64,000 bases of DNA, taken from NCBI GenBank assembly GCA_965219455.1, contig OZ244744.1, forward strand, positions 928,001-992,000, in the 5' to 3' direction. The position numbers and the translations under genes were made by a program. Shown in pieces: positions 20,346-30,738 of this stretch (position 1 is its first letter; each line of letters starts with the position of its first letter). Under the pieces are notes generated by a model. It searched no databases. It was not told where the DNA came from and saw nothing but the letters and a program-made list of their open reading frames with translations. The DNA is from Candidatus Latescibacterota bacterium. GTDB lineage: Bacteria; Latescibacterota; UBA2968; GCA-2709665.

Positions 20346-20858
20346 ATGCCCGAACAACCAGCTAAGCGCTTGATCCATCACACGAAGGAGACCTACGGTG
20401 GTTCGTTCAACACGGGCCTTCTGGATCAGTACAAACTCTACGTACAGTCCGCGGAGAACGTTAGCGCACGACGCGTCGCATCGAGCCGTTATCTCCTTAC
20501 CCTTAACTCGGCCCTCGTCGCTCTGTACGGACTTCAGTCCGTGGGTTTCGACCAGAACTATTGGATGTTGCTGATTCCCGTTATGGGAATTCCGGTCTCC
20601 CTGCTCTGGTATTTGATCATCAAGTCGCACGCCGACCTGAACCGCGTCAAGTTCGACGTGATTCACGAGTTTGAGGAACATTTACCGGCAGCTATGTACA
20701 AGTACGAGTGGTATCTGGCCTGGGAAGGAAAAGGCAAAGCCTACCGGGCAGTAACAGGGATCGAACAATGGGTACCCTTTCTTTTCGGCGCGCTGCACGT
20801 GGCTTTGTCGATCTTGATCATCCTGACAATCGCTGGCGTATTGGATTGGATTCAATGA
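20346..20858 (+). CDS. three-TM membrane protein (RipA-like / Pycsar- or SLATT-style effector candidate)
   Basis: LLDQYKLYVQSAENVSARR, two TM helices, W...IKSH..LN.VKF.VIHEFEEHLP, GIEQWVP and a third TM; 4 bp after the TIR stop. Confidence 0.75.
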   Translation: MPEQPAKRLIHHTKETYGGSFNTGLLDQYKLYVQSAENVSARRVASSRYLLTLNSALVALYGLQSVGFDQNYWMLLIPVMGIPVSLLWYLIIKSHADLNRVKFDVIHEFEEHLPAAMYKYEWYLAWEGKGKAYRAVTGIEQWVPFLFGALHVALSILIILTIAGVLDWIQ

Positions 20859-20864
20859 CGGGTT

Positions 20865-20892
20865 GTAGGGGCGGTTCGCGAACCGCCCCTAC
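20865..20892. repeat. GTAG-type REP (family 2), perfect 28-bp palindrome
   Basis: GTAGGGGCGGTTCGCGAACCGCCCCTAC; related copies flank the RAYT gene. Confidence 0.9.
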
Positions 20893-21113
20893 AAAACCAC
20901 GACTACGGTCATCGAAACCGACGTCACGGATTTGTTGTAATATCCAACCACGTCCACGCCATCACAATAATATGCAGACCGCCCGCAGGCGCCCAGTTGT
21001 GCCGCTGCAAAGAGGGAGGCCTGTGCGCAACGGCGTCGCACGGGACGCAGATCGAGATAGATCCGATAAGATAGTCAATAATAGACCATATTGACGATAG
21101 AGGAGGCATTACA

Positions 21114-21404
21114 ATGATTCGACCAACCGAAGTACATCCACGAGCCGGCTACCGCATCTGGCTTCGATATGCAGATGGCGTCGCCGGTAAGATTGACCTG
21201 TCGCATCTCGCAGGAAAGGGCGTATTCAAAATTTGGGACGAGCCGGGATATTTCGAGAGAGTGCATATAACTCCCCACAGAGCCATAGCCTGGGACGATG
21301 ATATCGACCTTTGCGCCGATGCCCTGTACCTGGAACTCACAGGCAAACCTGTTGAGGAAATGATGCCTGGTGTGAAGCAGATAATGCAGAGCCGCGATGC
21401 CTGA
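21114..21404 (+). CDS. DUF2442-family protein (putative antitoxin)
   Basis: EVHPRAGYRIWLRYADG..G.IDLS....KGVF..W....YFERV...AIAWDDDIDLCADALY; GAGGAGG RBS. Confidence 0.8.
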   Translation: MIRPTEVHPRAGYRIWLRYADGVAGKIDLSHLAGKGVFKIWDEPGYFERVHITPHRAIAWDDDIDLCADALYLELTGKPVEEMMPGVKQIMQSRDA

Positions 21405-21702
21405 ACTCTGTAGATTCTACGGCATCAGCATTCGTCTTAATTTTCGCGACCACAATCCGCCTCATTTTCACGCGCTGTACGGCGAACATGAAGCTGTCAT
21501 AGAGATAAACAGCATCAGCGTGGTGGAGGGGCGGCTTCCCTCCCGTGGCCGAGTCGAAGGCCCGGCTATCCGAAATCCTTCGCCTTGCCGAGGAGGAGGG
21601 GCCACAACGCATCGGCGCACGGTAGCCCTTTATCGTGGTACCCGAGCGCGTATGGAAGACTCAAGGCCAGGTGTCCATCTCCCTGGGCCCTTGGCTGGTT
21701 GA
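21397..21702 (+). pseudogene. DUF4160-family toxin, homologous part truncated at ~21546
   Basis: MPELCRFYGISIRLNFRDHNPPHFHALYGE...VEGRLPSR, then read-through into an unrelated fragment. Confidence 0.7.
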
Positions 21703-21786
21703 AAACACGCCGCGCGGTACGAACCTTGAAATCCCAGGCCGCCGCGAAAGCAGCCGCAAGATACCCTTCGTCGACGAAGCAGACGA

Positions 21787-21790
<4 letters not shown>
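21545..21790 (+). pseudogene. Phd/YefM-like antitoxin remnant with an internal stop
   Basis: VAESKARLSEILRLAEEEGPQRIGAR*PFIVVPER... with TAG at 21623; its TGA overlaps the ATG of a vapC fragment. Confidence 0.65.
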
Positions 21791-22160
<370 letters not shown>

Positions 22161-22198
22161 GGAAGCCATTTCGCGTATTCGCATCCGGGAGTGACGCT

Positions 22199-25100
22199 AT
22201 GACCACCCTCACAGAAGCCGTCGTCGAACAGGCAGCCCTTGAGTGGCTTTCAGGCCTCGGTTGGCAGGTCCTCCACGGACCGGACATCGCGCCGGAGACG
22301 CCTGACGCAGAGCGCGATGACTACCGACAGGTGGTCCTTGAGCACAGGCTTCGCGGCGCCCTCACTGAATTGAACCCCGCCCTGCCCATGTCCGCCCTGG
22401 ACGATGCCTGCCGCAAGTTGACCCGTCCCGATGGATCGACCCTGGAAGCCCGAAACCGTGCGTTCCACCGGATGCTCGTGAACGGTGTCGAAGTCGAGTA
22501 CCCTGACGCGGATGGACGCGTGCGAGGCGATCAGGTTCGAGTCATCGATTTCGATAATCCCAACAGCAACGACTGGCTGGCGGTGAATCAACTCACGGTC
22601 ACGGAGAACAAGAACAACCGAAGACCGGATATCGTGCTGTTTTTGAACGGTTTACCCCTGGGCGTGATCGAACTGAAGAACCCGGCGGACGAGGACGCCA
22701 CGATCTGGACGGCATGGAACCAACTCCAGACGTACAAGGCCGAACTCCCGATGCTTTTTTCAATGAACGAAGTGTTGATGGTCTCCGACGGGACCGAAGC
22801 CCGGTTAGGCACGCTGACGTCGGGCAAGGAATGGTTCAAGCCATGGAGGACGGTTGCGGGAGAGACGCTGGCCGATAAGCTCTTGACCGAGCTTCAGGTG
22901 ATGCTGGAAGGCGTCTTTGATCGGAGCCGTTTTCTGGCGCTCGTGCGCGACTTCATCGTTTTCGATGACGACGGTAGCGGTGCGCTGGAGAAAAAGATGG
23001 CGGGTTATCACCAGTTCCACGCCGTCAGAGTCGCGGTTGACGAGACGCTGCGAGCCTCGGAGTTACAGCGAGCAGTCAATAGGACTGTCGACACCGGTGG
23101 AAGGTACGAAGCGGGGCGACAGCCCGGCGGGAAACCCGGTGACCGGCGCATCGGCGTGGTGTGGCACACACAGGGATCGGGCAAAAGCCTGACGATGGCG
23201 TTCTACACGGGCGCCATCATTCGCGAGCCGGCGATGGAGAACCCGACGGTCGTCGTGCTCACTGACCGCAACGACTTGGACGACCAGCTTTACGGTACGT
23301 TCTCGCGCTGCCAGGATCTGCTGCGCCAACCGCCGAAACAGGCGGAGAGCCGGGCTGATCTGCGGAACAAGCTATCCGTGAATGCCGGAGGCGTGATCTT
23401 TACGACAATACAGAAGTTCATGCCGCCTACGGCGGCACCCTCACCCCTGCCCGATGCCAGCGGGAGAGGGGGTAATGTGGCGGCGCCTGCATCCGATCCT
23501 TTTCCCAGCGGGAGAGGGGGTGTATTGGGACCGGGGGATACGCGCCCTGAGCTGTCGGATAGGCGCAACATCGTTGTAATCGCCGATGAAGCCCACCGCA
23601 GCCAGTACGACTTCATCGACGGGTTCGCCGCTCACATGAGAGACGCGTTGCCAAATGCCTCTTTCGTTGGATTCACGGGAACGCCGATAGAGCTTCAGGA
23701 CGCCAACACCCGGGCCGTGTTCGGCGACTACATCAGCATCTACGACATCCAGCGCGCGGTTCAAGACGGGGCCACGGTGCCCATCTATTACGAGAGCCGC
23801 CTGGCCAAACTCGCCCTGGACGAGCGTGAAAAGCCCAACATCGACCCCGAGTTCGAAGAGGCCACCGAGGGCGAGGAGGTGGAGCGCAGGGAGAAGCTCA
23901 AGACGAAGTGGGCACAGTTGGAAGCGGTGGTCGGCGCCGAAAAACGAGTCGGGCAGATTGCCGAGGATATCGTGGACCACTTCGAGGATCGGCTTGAGGT
24001 CCTCCACGGCAAGGCGATGGTCGTATGCATGAGCCGTCGCATCTGTATCGACCTCTATCGCGAACTGGTCCGGCTACGGCCTGAATGGCACGATGACGCT
24101 GACGACAGGGGAACTATTAAGGTAGTGATGACCGGTTCCGCTTCCGATCCGCCGGATTGGCAGCCGCACATCCGCAACAAGGCACGACGCGAAGACCTGG
24201 CGAAACGGTTCAGGGACGCTGGCGACCCAATGCGGGTTGTGCTCGTTCGGGACATGTGGCTGACGGGATTTGACGCGCCCAGCCTGCATACGATGTACGT
24301 GGACAAACCGATGCGCGGGCACGGCCTGATGCAGGCCATCGCCCGGGTGAATAGGGTGTTCAAGGACAAGCCCGGCGGGCTCGTGGTGGACTACATGGGA
24401 TTGTCGCAGGATTTGCGACAGGCGCTGGCCGCCTATACCGAAAGCGGTGGTACTGGGAAGACGGCACTGGACAAGGAAGAAGCGGTGGCGGTGATGTTGG
24501 AGAAGTACGAGGTTTGCTGCGGCTTGTTGCACGGTTTCGACTGGGCGGCCTGGGCCGACGGAAGCCCCATTGAGCGTTTGAATCTGCTGCCCGCCGCCCA
24601 GGAGCGCGTCCTATCCCAGGAGGACGGCAAGGTACGCTGGCTGAACACGGTGCGAGCGCTGTCCCAGGCCTTCGCCCTGGCCGTTCCGCATCAGGAAACC
24701 CGACGTATTCGCGACGACGTGGCATTCTTCCAGGCGGTGTCGGCGGCCCTGTCCAAACGGGCGGCAGGCGAGAGACGTACCGAGGAGGAGTTGGATCTGG
24801 CTGTACGACAGATCGTGTCACGCGCCGTGGCTTCCGAGGGTGTGATGGACATCTTCGCGGCCGCGGGCCTGGACAGGCCGGACATTTCGGTGCTCTCGGA
24901 CGAGTTTCTTGCGGAGGTACGCGGGATGCCGCACAGAAATCTCGCCGTGGAACTGTTGCAGAAACTGCTCAGGGGCGAGGTTTCCACACGGCGGCGCAAA
25001 AACGTCGTGCAGGCCCGGTCCTTTGCCGAAATGCTGGATCAGACGCTCCGGCGATACCAGAACCGCGCGATAGAGGCGGCACAGGTGATTGAAGAACTGA

Positions 25101-25441
25101 TCGAGCTCGCGAAAGAAATGCGGGAGGCCAACGAACGGGGCGAGCGGTTGGGATTGTCTGAGGACGAGTTGGCCTTCTACGACGCGCTCGAGACGAACGA
25201 CAGCGCGGTACAGGTGCTCGGCGACGAGACTTTGCGTGCCATTGCCCAGCAGCTTGTGGAGACTGTCCGAAACAACGTGACCATCGACTGGACGCTGCGG
25301 GAGAACGTTCGTGCCCACCTCAGGGTGCTGGTGCGCCGCATTCTACGCAAACACGGATACCCGCCGGACAAGCAGGCGAAGGCCACACAGACCGTGATCG
25401 AACAAGCGGAAGTGCTGTCCGAGGGGTGGGCGGTTGCGTGA
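22199..25441 (+). CDS. hsdR: type I restriction endonuclease subunit R
   Basis: [19 protein letters not shown] nuclease motif, [40 protein letters not shown] and C-terminal KHGYPPD. Confidence 0.97.
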   Translation: MTTLTEAVVEQAALEWLSGLGWQVLHGPDIAPETPDAERDDYRQVVLEHRLRGALTELNPALPMSALDDACRKLTRPDGSTLEARNRAFHRMLVNGVEVEYPDADGRVRGDQVRVIDFDNPNSNDWLAVNQLTVTENKNNRRPDIVLFLNGLPLGVIELKNPADEDATIWTAWNQLQTYKAELPMLFSMNEVLMVSDGTEARLGTLTSGKEWFKPWRTVAGETLADKLLTELQVMLEGVFDRSRFLALVRDFIVFDDDGSGALEKKMAGYHQFHAVRVAVDETLRASELQRAVNRTVDTGGRYEAGRQPGGKPGDRRIGVVWHTQGSGKSLTMAFYTGAIIREPAMENPTVVVLTDRNDLDDQLYGTFSRCQDLLRQPPKQAESRADLRNKLSVNAGGVIFTTIQKFMPPTAAPSPLPDASGRGGNVAAPASDPFPSGRGGVLGPGDTRPELSDRRNIVVIADEAHRSQYDFIDGFAAHMRDALPNASFVGFTGTPIELQDANTRAVFGDYISIYDIQRAVQDGATVPIYYESRLAKLALDEREKPNIDPEFEEATEGEEVERREKLKTKWAQLEAVVGAEKRVGQIAEDIVDHFEDRLEVLHGKAMVVCMSRRICIDLYRELVRLRPEWHDDADDRGTIKVVMTGSASDPPDWQPHIRNKARREDLAKRFRDAGDPMRVVLVRDMWLTGFDAPSLHTMYVDKPMRGHGLMQAIARVNRVFKDKPGGLVVDYMGLSQDLRQALAAYTESGGTGKTALDKEEAVAVMLEKYEVCCGLLHGFDWAAWADGSPIERLNLLPAAQERVLSQEDGKVRWLNTVRALSQAFALAVPHQETRRIRDDVAFFQAVSAALSKRAAGERRTEEELDLAVRQIVSRAVASEGVMDIFAAAGLDRPDISVLSDEFLAEVRGMPHRNLAVELLQKLLRGEVSTRRRKNVVQARSFAEMLDQTLRRYQNRAIEAAQVIEELIELAKEMREANERGERLGLSEDELAFYDALETNDSAVQVLGDETLRAIAQQLVETVRNNVTIDWTLRENVRAHLRVLVRRILRKHGYPPDKQAKATQTVIEQAEVLSEGWAVA

Positions 25442-25451
25442 GAAGTTGACA

Positions 25452-25566
25452 TTCCCCCACCGCATCAGCCGTCGCCTGCCCTTCGACAAGCTCAGGGAAC
25501 CGGCTCGGCTTCTGCCTGCCTGTCCTGCGGACGCAGACAGGCGACTCCCCCTCAAGGGGGAGTGAT
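25452..25566. repeat. nested palindromic repeats downstream of hsdR
   Basis: ccttcgacaagctcagg (related copy near 59862), gcctgtc..gacaggc hairpin and actccccctcaagggggagt hairpin. Confidence 0.6.
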
Positions 25567-25791
25567 CGGGAGGTGAGCGCGTGTTGGCCATCCGGCAAGA
25601 TGCAAGGGTTCCGCGTGAAAACCAATTCGTGTAGCCGTGCGGTGTTGCACAATGCGACGGTCGCTGTCTTCCGTGCACCCGGGGCGCCGCCCGGTCAATG
25701 AATCCTTTCCAAGAACCCGGTTCGCGACGGTTTCGATTCGGCGGAATCCGGATCGGGCAAACCAAATCCCGTCCACCCCACGACACCCACC

Positions 25792-26065
25792 GGGCGGTTC
25801 GCGAACCGCCCCTACAATAAGCGGATATGGCCGTTGCCGATAGCGGTGTTGCACAATGCGACGGTCGTCGACAGGACTGCCGCATCCAGCCTCACGGCAG
25901 GCTTGACCGAGTCAGCGCGTCTATCGACATTATCGTGCACCGCGATCGCAAATCGGGGTTCGTCAGTGTCACCCCATGCTAAAAGGAACCGGATTCGTGG
26001 ATATCCGATGCAGCAAAACCATATCCCATCTGCCACCCCCAGGGCGGTTCGCGAGCCGCCCGTAC
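25792..26065. repeat. two REP family 2 copies upstream of RAYT
   Basis: GGGCGGTTCGCGAACCGCCCCTAC at 25792-25815 and variant GGGCGGTTCGCGAGCCGCCCGTAC at 26042-26065, each followed by ..cggatatg.ccgttg.cga. Confidence 0.85.
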
Positions 26066-26115
26066 AAAAGCCGGATATGACCGTTGTCGAAATCGTAGCC
26101 GAGGAACACACCCAA

Positions 26116-26655
26116 TTGACCCACCGCTACGAATCCAAAATTCTTCGCCGCAGATCTATACGCCTGAAGAGATACGACTATAAACGCATCGGCGCGTATT
26201 TCGTTACCATCGCGACCCGCAATCGGGAATCCCGGTTCGGCGATATTATCGACGGTGAAGTACACCTGAACGACACCGGGCGGTTGGTCAAAAGCGCATG
26301 GGAGTGGCTGACAATGCGATATGCATACGTCGAACTGGACACGTACGTTGTCATGCCAAACCATCTACACGGAATCATCGACATTTTTGACCAAAACAGC
26401 GGTAATCGGGAGAAGGATCAGGCGCTCCGCAAACCCCTGGGCCGTCTGATTGGGGCATTTAAGACCGTGTCCACCAGGCGCGTCAACAACGCCCTGGAGA
26501 CGCCCGGCCAACCGCTGTGGCAACGCAACTATTACGAACGCGTGATCCGCAACGATGAGGAATTGGACCGCGTTCGAGAGTACATCGTTTATAATCCGAT
26601 GCGATGGGATACGGATTCGGAAAACCCAAATTTCATACCCAAACACAACACGTAG
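26116..26655 (+). mobile_element. REP-associated tyrosine transposase (RAYT, IS200-like HUH)
   Basis: RRSIRL..YDY...GAYFVTI, VVMPNHLHGII (HUH), LWQRNYYERVIR and YIVYNP (catalytic Tyr); flanked by REPs; start at TTG 26116 or ATG 26077. Confidence 0.92.
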
Positions 26656-26836
26656 GTGCGTCCCACGGCGACGATGGGAACGCGGGATCCGTCGACCGAA
26701 AGGGGACAACCACAAGGGATGCCTCAGCATCGGATGACGTGTTCGAGGCGTGCGCGGAACCGGATTTTTACCAAAACCTGATTCATTCGAAGTCGGATAC
26801 GACAAAACACAACCCGTCCGCATCAACCACCACCCA

Positions 26837-26860
26837 GGGCGGTTCGCGAACCGCCCCTAC
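26837..26860. repeat. REP family 2 copy downstream of RAYT
   Basis: GGGCGGTTCGCGAACCGCCCCTAC followed by aaaagacggatatgaccgtcgtcgaaa. Confidence 0.85.
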
Positions 26861-27077
26861 AAAAGACGGATATGACCGTCGTCGAAAGTAGTGTCGCAAA
26901 ACGCGACGGCCAGGGACGAGGTGCTCTGGACAATCTCGACACGCACGTCGATTTTCCGTCTTTCCAAAAGGCAACGGTGGGTGTATATTCGGTACGGGGA
27001 ACGGATCCCGAGGTGTCCGATAGAACACGCCGTGAAATCGTCAACCGCGATTCAAGCGTTCAAAGGAATCTGGACAA

Positions 27078-28067
27078 ATGGCACATCTGACCGAGGAACA
27101 GTTGGCGCGAATCGAGGAACAGGGGTACCTGGTGGTGGAAGGTCTTTTCGACCCCGAGCAGGATCTCGATCCGGTGATCGAGGAGTACGCCGGCGTTCTG
27201 GATCGGCTTGCCGATGAACTGTACGAAAGCGGGGAGATCTCCTCAACGTATGGAGACCTCCCTTTCAGTGATCGGCTGACGCGGATTTACGCGGAGTCCG
27301 GTAAGGTTCACGCCCAGTATTTCGACTTTTCGCTGCCGCAGAAGAACGTTCGGGCGGACACGCCGATGTGGGTGGGGCCGGCCGTGTTCCGGCTCTTGCG
27401 AAACGAGAAGCTGCTGGACGCCGTGGAATCCCTGATCGGGCCGGAGATTTACTCCAATCCCGTGCAACACGTCCGCTTGAAACCGCCGGAGCACCTGTGT
27501 CCCGTCAACGAAACAACGGGGCACGCCCAGCTTGGCGCCACGCCGTGGCACCAGGATACGGGCGTTGTCAGGCCGGAAGCCGATGAGACGAATATGCTGA
27601 CCGTGTGGTTCGGCCTCTGGGATGCCACAATCCAGAACGGCTGTCTGGAGGTCATACCCGGAAGCCATCGAGAGGGACTGCTACATCACTGCCACACGAG
27701 CGGGGCGATGTCGCGAGGATTCGGGCTTCACGTTCCGGATTGGCTTCTGCGCCAGGGAGATGGTGTGCCGCTGCCGATGAAACGCGGCGACGCGTTGTTC
27801 TTCCACCGGCTGAATTGCCACTCCTCGCTTCCGAACAAGAGCGACAATATTCGATGGAGTTTCGACCTGCGGTATAACCCCATCGGCCAACCGACGGGTC
27901 GGGGATCATTTCCGGGGTTCGTCGCGCGCAGCCGCTCGAATCCGCAAAGCGAGTTGCACGATCCCGAAGAATGGGCGAGGTTGTGGCACGAGGCGAGAAG
28001 CAGACTGGCGAGGAGCGAGGATCCTACGTACAATCGCTGGAAGGTGGACGACCCGGTCTGCGCGTGA
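27078..28067 (+). CDS. phytanoyl-CoA dioxygenase (PhyH) family Fe(II)/2OG oxygenase
   Basis: TPWHQD, TVWFGL.DAT..NGCLEVIPGSH, GDALFFH...CHSS.PN.S..IRWSFDLRY. Confidence 0.92.
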   Translation: MAHLTEEQLARIEEQGYLVVEGLFDPEQDLDPVIEEYAGVLDRLADELYESGEISSTYGDLPFSDRLTRIYAESGKVHAQYFDFSLPQKNVRADTPMWVGPAVFRLLRNEKLLDAVESLIGPEIYSNPVQHVRLKPPEHLCPVNETTGHAQLGATPWHQDTGVVRPEADETNMLTVWFGLWDATIQNGCLEVIPGSHREGLLHHCHTSGAMSRGFGLHVPDWLLRQGDGVPLPMKRGDALFFHRLNCHSSLPNKSDNIRWSFDLRYNPIGQPTGRGSFPGFVARSRSNPQSELHDPEEWARLWHEARSRLARSEDPTYNRWKVDDPVCA

Positions 28068-28381
28068 ACAGAGGTATGGCACGGGAGCGCCATCAATGAG
28101 ACGATTGTCGCCGATATCACGCCAAAGACGTGACATGACGGAGACCCGTCGCAGCAGGGTACGACGTGCCCTGTCATAGTCGTTTATTGACCGTTAGCTC
28201 AATGAACAATGCGATATAACGTACGGTTGGTGAGAATGAACCCGACCCGTCCAGGCAGTGACTTGAGTACGATGCATAGATGGATCTGCGTCACGTAGAT
28301 CAATTCCACTCCAGCACAGACCTTCCGAAATTGCCCGAACTACCCCTCCGCCTACTTCATCATATCCAACCTGAAGGCAGC

Positions 28382-30481
28382 CTATTCCCCTACGGTTTTT
28401 CCGAAGTCCCTGGCGAATATCAGAAAGTCCGAGAGTCCCACCTGACCGTCGTTATCTAGATCGTACCGGTCGTCGTAGCCCAGGTCGCCCTGGCTAAGCC
28501 CGACATTCGCCGCAAACTGAATGAAGTCGGTAAAGCCAACGGTGCCATCGCCATCGAAATCGGGACCAACGCGATCGCCGTCGATATCGGGACCGGGTGT
28601 TTGAGACCCGTCGTTCAGAGTCAGATCCCAAATTAGAATCGTACCATCATAGGATCCCGACGCGAGGGTCTTGCCGTCCGGGGAAAACAACACGCTGCTG
28701 ACCCAGTGGGCATGCCCTTCGAAGGTGGAGACAATCTCTCCCGTCGACATATCGAAGAGCCTTACGTTGCCGTCCTGCGAGCCGGTGGCGAACATAGTCC
28801 TGTCTGGTGAGAACGCGACCCTTTCGAACCCCTCTGGTTTTCGTGTCGCGATCGTCGTGCCAGTCGCCAGGTCCCATACCATCACCGATTCACTGTACGA
28901 ACCGGCATATAGCTTTGTGACGTCGGAAGAGAACGATATTGAGAGCACGTAACGGGTAAGCCCATGAAGGACGGCTGCGGTCTTACCGGTGGACAGGTCC
29001 CAGGTCCTTATCTCACCATTGTCCAGACCCGAAGCCAGGATTTTTCCGTCGGGCGAGAATTCCAGCTCCTTGACCCCATCGCTCAGTCCGGTAACACGGG
29101 TGGTCTGTTCTTGCGTTCGGACGTTCCAAAGGTTGACCCATCCCGGCCAGCCTCCGGTGGCCAAAACATCGCCATCGGGTGAAAACGACACCGCAGATGT
29201 TAGATCCTTGTGTTCCAGATGTGCGAAATCAGTATACGTGTCCAGGTCCCAAAGGATAACTCTATGGCCGGATGCCGAAGCAAGGGTCGTCCCATCGTGT
29301 GATATGGATATCGATGAGATGGGCAAGCCACCATGCCCGCGAAGCGTCGTGATCATCCGTCGCGTCGCCGTGTCCCATATTTTGACCCCCGACCCATATG
29401 AACCGTTATAGGAAGCCAGTGTGGCGCCGTCCGGTGAAAATGTCATACCCAAAACGGTTCCCGAATAGCCGGCAATGGTGGTGGCGTTTCCGGCGGTCAG
29501 ATCCCTCAGCACAACCGCGCCATCGTCGGAAGCGGAGGCGAGCGTCCTCCCGTCCGGAGAGAATGAAACCGCGCGAACCAGAGCTCGATGGTCGTTGAAT
29601 GTGTCTATATTTTGACCTGTCGTTGCGTTCCAGAGTTTGACTCTGCGGAACCATGTTCCGGTGGCGATGAGGGATCCGTCGGAAGAAAACGCGACGGACG
29701 TCACAGGGGAGTTTACCGTAAGCGTTGTGAAGTTCGTGCGTGTTGCCACGTTCCACAGTTTGACGGTTTCGTCAGAAGCACCTGAGGCCAGGGTGTTGCC
29801 GTTCGGTGCGAAAGCTACGGAGTAGACCTCCCCGCTATGGCCTTCAAGCGTGGCGGCAAGGGTGCGCGTTGCCACGTCCCACAGCATGATCGTGCCGTTC
29901 CCATGTCCCGTTGCGATGATGGCGCCATCCGGTGAAAACGCGAGACACGCCAAGCCGAAATCGTACCTCCCCTGGGTGGTCACAACAGTCCGTGAGGACA
30001 CATCCCGGAGTTTAATCATCGGCCCTCCACGCGCACTGTAAGCGAGGGTTTTACCATCCGGAGAAAACGTGACATCGATTATGGGCCCGCCCCTTTCAAT
30101 CCGGCTGGGGGCCCCCGTTGCCACATCCCAAAGTATAACCTCACCACTTCCCCACATACCTCCTGCCGTGACAAGCTTTTTGCCGTCGGGTGAAAAGGAC
30201 AGCGAATGGACACGGTCGGCGGGCAACCAGGTGACACTTTCGAGGTCCTCCACACTGTACAGCCATACGCCGATACCGCTGGCCACTGCAACAAGCTCGC
30301 CGTCTGGTGAAAATGCAACCGCCCGGTCTCCGTGGCCAATGGCTCCCTTTCCAATCCGGGCGATCGCTCCGTCGGGCAGATCCCGCGTCCGATAGTTGTT
30401 GGGATCGCTGAAGTCCTGGGCGAAAAGCGGTTGCAGGCAGACGACAATCATCAGCACGATAGCCGTGGTAAAATGCCTCAT
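28382..30481 (-). CDS. secreted WD40-repeat protein with a C-terminal EF-hand/dockerin-like module
   Basis: Signal peptide MRHFTTAIVLMIVVCLQPLFA; many GH...V.SVAFSPDG.TLAS.S.D..V.LWD repeats; DFDGDGTVGFTDF...YDLDNDGQVGLSDF. Confidence 0.92.
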   Translation of the reverse strand: MRHFTTAIVLMIVVCLQPLFAQDFSDPNNYRTRDLPDGAIARIGKGAIGHGDRAVAFSPDGELVAVASGIGVWLYSVEDLESVTWLPADRVHSLSFSPDGKKLVTAGGMWGSGEVILWDVATGAPSRIERGGPIIDVTFSPDGKTLAYSARGGPMIKLRDVSSRTVVTTQGRYDFGLACLAFSPDGAIIATGHGNGTIMLWDVATRTLAATLEGHSGEVYSVAFAPNGNTLASGASDETVKLWNVATRTNFTTLTVNSPVTSVAFSSDGSLIATGTWFRRVKLWNATTGQNIDTFNDHRALVRAVSFSPDGRTLASASDDGAVVLRDLTAGNATTIAGYSGTVLGMTFSPDGATLASYNGSYGSGVKIWDTATRRMITTLRGHGGLPISSISISHDGTTLASASGHRVILWDLDTYTDFAHLEHKDLTSAVSFSPDGDVLATGGWPGWVNLWNVRTQEQTTRVTGLSDGVKELEFSPDGKILASGLDNGEIRTWDLSTGKTAAVLHGLTRYVLSISFSSDVTKLYAGSYSESVMVWDLATGTTIATRKPEGFERVAFSPDRTMFATGSQDGNVRLFDMSTGEIVSTFEGHAHWVSSVLFSPDGKTLASGSYDGTILIWDLTLNDGSQTPGPDIDGDRVGPDFDGDGTVGFTDFIQFAANVGLSQGDLGYDDRYDLDNDGQVGLSDFLIFARDFGKTVGE

Positions 30482-30738
30482 CACCTGTCTCCTTCGAAGA
30501 TTGGTTTCAGAACGTATGCCTGCGAAACGCGGTACGGCCCGTACATTTATTACAGAGCTCCGTCTTCGATGATCAGAACCCGTTACACGATATTCCTGAC
30601 ACCCACACTGGATAACCCCATCAGGGTGCAGTCCGGCCGACAAGGATTCCAACTCGCGCCAATTCCGGCACTGGCGCCGTAGTCATCCGTTGAAAATTTC
30701 GCAGGACATACACAGTCTTGAATACCTTCGATCCTGGT

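Noticed and set aside
19952-20858. Canonical Thoeris (thsA-thsB)
   Set aside because: No SIR2, Macro or SLOG domain recognised nearby; reported instead as a non-canonical TIR + TM pair.
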